From IMG/VR virus record IMGVR_UViG_3300034073_005389, positions 248,001 to 312,000 of that record: DNA of 64,000 nucleotides. One strand, written 5' to 3'. Both the position numbers and the translations under genes were made by a program. Below are positions 60,852 through 64,000 of the stretch, one piece after another. Each line of letters opens with the position of its first letter. Positions within the stretch are counted from its first letter, which is position 1. The notes below the pieces were generated by a model, which was not told where the DNA came from, did no database searches, and was given only the letters and a program-made list of their open reading frames with translations.

Positions 60852-62393
60852 TTATGCATAAAAACAAATTCTCGCCGCACCTTGCCGTCTAGCTTTTAGG
60901 ATAATATCCTTAATATTTACCGGCACCGCACTTGTTAAGTAATTTTTGATATACCATTCTTCTGTTTCATCCGGGAACAGATGATGAATGAATTCATAAG
61001 TAGATTGATGAACAAAAGATGAATTAATTTCAAGCCAACGATCAAAACTATCAGTTACCATCCCACTGATATTTACTTCAGCCAACTTAGAAATATCAAA
61101 ATTAATATCACTCATATTATTTTTTATTTCATCCTTCTGAACTTTGACACTCTTCAATTTCTTGATCAGCTTTATAATTTAGCCACTCTAACCACTGATC
61201 TTCTAGATCATGTAGTGATACGAACTCTGTAAAGAGTTGAAGCATAGTATCTTCATTCCAACCAGTCTTTTCAGCAATATCGCTACCAGAAATATAATCA
61301 GGAATCATAGAAATATAATCCATAGTCTACAAAAATAAAAATTTAAAATAAAATTGGGGCATAGAGTTTCTATGCCCCAACCTTTTTTCACATATGTCGT
61401 AAGTGCTCGGACCTCTGAGTCTCTGACATATTATTCCACTCGCACAACCCTTCATAAGTTGCATTTACTTCACGAACAATCTCCCAACCATGAGAGACTT
61501 CAACCTCTTCTACTTGACCAATATCCTCATTAAAGATTTTGGCAGTATAAACTCTATCTCTCTTTTGCACAACAATCTTATGTACTTTTTCTCCAGGCTT
61601 ACTTAGCCTGCCGCTAATTTGACAAACAAACATTTCAATCATCCTCCTCGTCTCGACGACGACGTTTAGATGGCAATTCAACTCCACTAACAAAGTTATG
61701 TCTCTCTAAATCATCTCCATAAACAACGTAACTATCATCACCAAACTCTACCACGAAAGCATCTGCGTTCTGCACACGAGAAATAATTTCTCCAACTTTA
61801 TTTAAAAGTTGAGACCTTCCAACATGCTTTACTCTATCACCAGGCATAAAATAATACTTATTAAACATAAATCTCCTACTTAAATACTGCCAGTTTTTCA
61901 AACTTAACTTTTTTAAAGCTCAATCCATTTAGCAACCATTGTGAACCAACTTCTACTCTAATAGATGATGGTACGTAAATCGGCTTACCCCAAGCTCTTT
62001 TATAAGCATTGGGGTGCCTAATAATGTCCCCTGATTTATTTGTATGATAGTAACTTTTACCTCGCAATTTAGGAGGTGAATCACCATCAACAACTACAAT
62101 TCGGCAATTATTTCTAGCACCGGCTACTTCTCTTATCCATTTCTTCAATAGTCGAGAAACATCTGTCTTTGCGCTTATTTTTTGCATAAAAATTTTTATT
62201 AGAACTTGATCTTTGTTTTAGATGCAGTTTGGTTATACAAACCCTTCTTCATATCAAACCAAGTAGTTGCCATGATATCTCCAGCATCTACTAGCTTACG
62301 AGCAAATTGCTTTAGTGAAAGTCCCTTACCTTCTTTACGCCATCGTAGTTTAAGCTGCTGACCTGTTGTAAATTGCTCTGTTGCATTACTCAT
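60852..62393 (-). other. Array of six small hypothetical ORFs
   Basis: Co-oriented coupled ORFs. Confidence 0.7.
61354..61380 (-). terminator. Intrinsic terminator
   Basis: TTGGGGCATAGA/TCTATGCCCCAA 12-bp stem followed by a U-rich tract on the minus strand. Confidence 0.85.
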
Positions 62394-62449
62394 ATTAACT
62401 TACTCCTTTTTATACTGATAAAATTATAAGAGCACCACGCCCTTATAAG

Positions 62450-62477
62450 AGTCTATTTTTTATAAATTACCTGTCAA
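62450..62477 (-). promoter_or_regulatory. sigma70-like promoter TTGACA-N16-TAGACT
   Basis: TTGACA at 62472-62477 and TAGACT at 62450-62455. Confidence 0.7.
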
Positions 62478-62497
62478 CCAGTCAGAAATTTTAAAAA

Positions 62498-63247
62498 TTA
62501 ACTAACAATAAGTTGCTCAATAATTTGAATTGTAAATTCTGGACCAGAAGTCTGAATACACTCCACACCAGTAGAAGTAACCGGATAATCATTTCCTCCA
62601 GGAAATAAAGCATCTCCCACAAATAACATATCTTCTACAGATAGATGTAGATATCTATCTAATTGTTGAATTCCAAATGCTTTATCAATACCCTTCTTAG
62701 TTACATCAATAGATGTTGATCCACCAGTTTTAATATCAAACTCTGGTAAAAGTTCAGATATTTCTTTAATCAACACTAGTCTCTTTGAGAAATTTGGATC
62801 CCAACTCTTTTTTATTTCTACTGGTGCTTGTTGACCTAATGCAGAAAAAGTTACCTGAGAACCTCTGTTCTCTAACTTATCTCCCCAAGATTCAGCGGGC
62901 AACACTACCTTAGTAGTGGAGAATACTTTTTCAAAAGCAGAGTATATTTTAGTAATTTCTTCTAAAGAAAAATTATCAGAATATAATTGCTCCCATAAAT
63001 TACCAGTGGGATTACTATAAAAACTAGTTCCAGAAGTTGGAAGTAAAAATAATTTTTTATTTTCTTCATTTGAAGAATTTAAATTAGCTAGCAGCTGCGT
63101 TTGAAACTGATTCCAATTGCCGCCAGAAATAATAGCTACACTAAATTTTTGTAACAGCTTTTTTAAGCTGCTAGCCATAGATGTGCTAATAGCTGATTTG
63201 CTTTCAGCCAATGTTCCATCTAAATCAAAAATAATTAACTTTTTCAT
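62498..63247 (-). CDS. HAD-IIB hydrolase, phosphomannomutase-like
   Basis: IFDLDGTL, IISGG, ENRGSQVTFSALG, GGSTSIDV..KG..K and FVGDALFPGGNDY. Confidence 0.9.
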   Translation of the reverse strand: MKKLIIFDLDGTLAESKSAISTSMASSLKKLLQKFSVAIISGGNWNQFQTQLLANLNSSNEENKKLFLLPTSGTSFYSNPTGNLWEQLYSDNFSLEEITKIYSAFEKVFSTTKVVLPAESWGDKLENRGSQVTFSALGQQAPVEIKKSWDPNFSKRLVLIKEISELLPEFDIKTGGSTSIDVTKKGIDKAFGIQQLDRYLHLSVEDMLFVGDALFPGGNDYPVTSTGVECIQTSGPEFTIQIIEQLIVS

Positions 63248-63639
63248 TTACTTAAAAGCCAAGAAGATGACTGTACTTTTTCTCCTAAACCATCTACTAT
63301 AGATATTCCTAATTGTTTGCAAATTTTAGACTCAGGAATCTCTGACGAAAAACGATCTCCGCCCTTTGCAAAAATATTAGGCTTAATCGCAGCCAGACTT
63401 TCACAAACTGAAGTGTCTTGATCAATAGATAAAAATACTTCATCTACACATTTTAGAGCAGAAACAATAAACATTCTTTCCTGCTCATCCATAAATTCTT
63501 TAGAATTTTTTAAAGCACGCTGCTTGTCATTATTAATGATAACAATTAAATAATCTCCAAGAGATTTTGCTTTTTGTAAATATTCTACATGACCTTTATG
63601 TAATGGATTAAAATATCCGCTGGCTGCAACTTTTATCAT
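63244..63639 (-). CDS. Cytidylyltransferase (TagD/RfaE-II-like)
   Basis: VAASGYFNPLHKGH (HxGH), FAKGGDR and KVQSSS; start set at MIKVAASG. Confidence 0.9.
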   Translation of the reverse strand: MIKVAASGYFNPLHKGHVEYLQKAKSLGDYLIVIINNDKQRALKNSKEFMDEQERMFIVSALKCVDEVFLSIDQDTSVCESLAAIKPNIFAKGGDRFSSEIPESKICKQLGISIVDGLGEKVQSSSWLLSK

Positions 63640-63643
63640 AAAC

Positions 63644-63865
63644 TTACCGCTCCCATGCGGTGCTATATAACATCTTAAGCATTTCTGGAGTAATAGGTCC
63701 GATAGTTGTAGGAGGTCCATTATGTGATGATGGAATCACAATAATATTGTAAGAATCAGTAGATGGATCGTACCTTAGAATTTTGTTAGGACTAATTCTT
63801 GTAGAAGTAGTCCCGTTAATCTCTTTCCTGATCTCCATCTTCTTTGCTTTCATCAAATTTATCAA
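63644..63865 (-). CDS. Small protein, paralog of 11927..12157
   Basis: ISPNKILRYDPSTDSY versus ILPNQIIIYDPATDSY. Confidence 0.55.
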   Translation of the reverse strand: MINLMKAKKMEIRKEINGTTSTRISPNKILRYDPSTDSYNIIVIPSSHNGPPTTIGPITPEMLKMLYSTAWER

Positions 63866-64000
63866 GTTCTACAGCTAACCAACCTTCTGCATTTTCTAAT
63901 GCTTCGTGAATGGTAGCGCATCCTTTAGTCTGTGGTAAAGATGTATCTCCTTCTACACATCCTACTAGCCACCATTTATTGGTAAAAAGATCCTTGACCA

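Noticed and set aside
641-63302. Short opposite-strand ORFs nested in real genes (for example 641..832, 2503..2697, 44062..44361, 53400..53639)
   Set aside because: They are antisense shadows with low-complexity hydrophobic translations and no ribosome-binding sites.
1-64000. Stop-codon reassignment (alternative genetic code)
   Set aside because: Long enzymes are intact under code 11, TAA/TAG/TGA all end coupled ORFs, and the gaps are explained by short ORFs or RNAs.
1-64000. CRISPR array or cas genes
   Set aside because: No regularly spaced repeats found; the repeats present are coding (Kelch, DUF723, MORN, H1) or two-copy.
1-64000. Cellular or eukaryotic-virus origin
   Set aside because: Dense small-ORF arrays, Shine-Dalgarno sites, sigma70-like promoters and scattered tRNAs and HEGs fit a giant phage, although hallmark structural genes are outside the window.
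63816-64000. Partial ORF at the edge with a HicB-like TIHEALENA motif
   Set aside because: Truncated by the window; too little sequence to call.

Overview
A 64 kb, roughly 30% GC segment of a giant (jumbo/huge) bacteriophage genome read with the standard genetic code. It shows dense, mostly minus-strand, translationally coupled small ORFs, sigma70-like promoters and intrinsic terminators. No capsid, terminase or polymerase hallmark gene falls in the window. Recognisable content: five tRNAs (Asn-GUU, Ile2-CAU, Gln-UUG, Tyr-GUA, Gly-UCC); a translation cluster (TrmH, LysRS, deaminase, TilS); an aceA / yeaH / spoVR / prkA block; SOD; a UvrD helicase; a DNA adenine MTase; a 5'-3' exonuclease; an RNA ligase; a radical SAM pair; and five free-standing endonucleases from four families. 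The main results are: (i) two tRNAs are split by complete group I introns in the anticodon loop (Asn after U35, Ile2 after U33), each flanked by a free-standing endonuclease, and the Ile2 tRNA lies beside its own lysidine synthase TilS; (ii) isocitrate lyase is co-oriented with a PrkA/YeaG kinase-YeaH-SpoVR cassette; (iii) a family of unknown proteins shares an N-terminal leader that may be a capsid-targeting signal; (iv) a second promoter-like class is built on a palindromic box. All family calls are motif recognition by eye; no searches were run.
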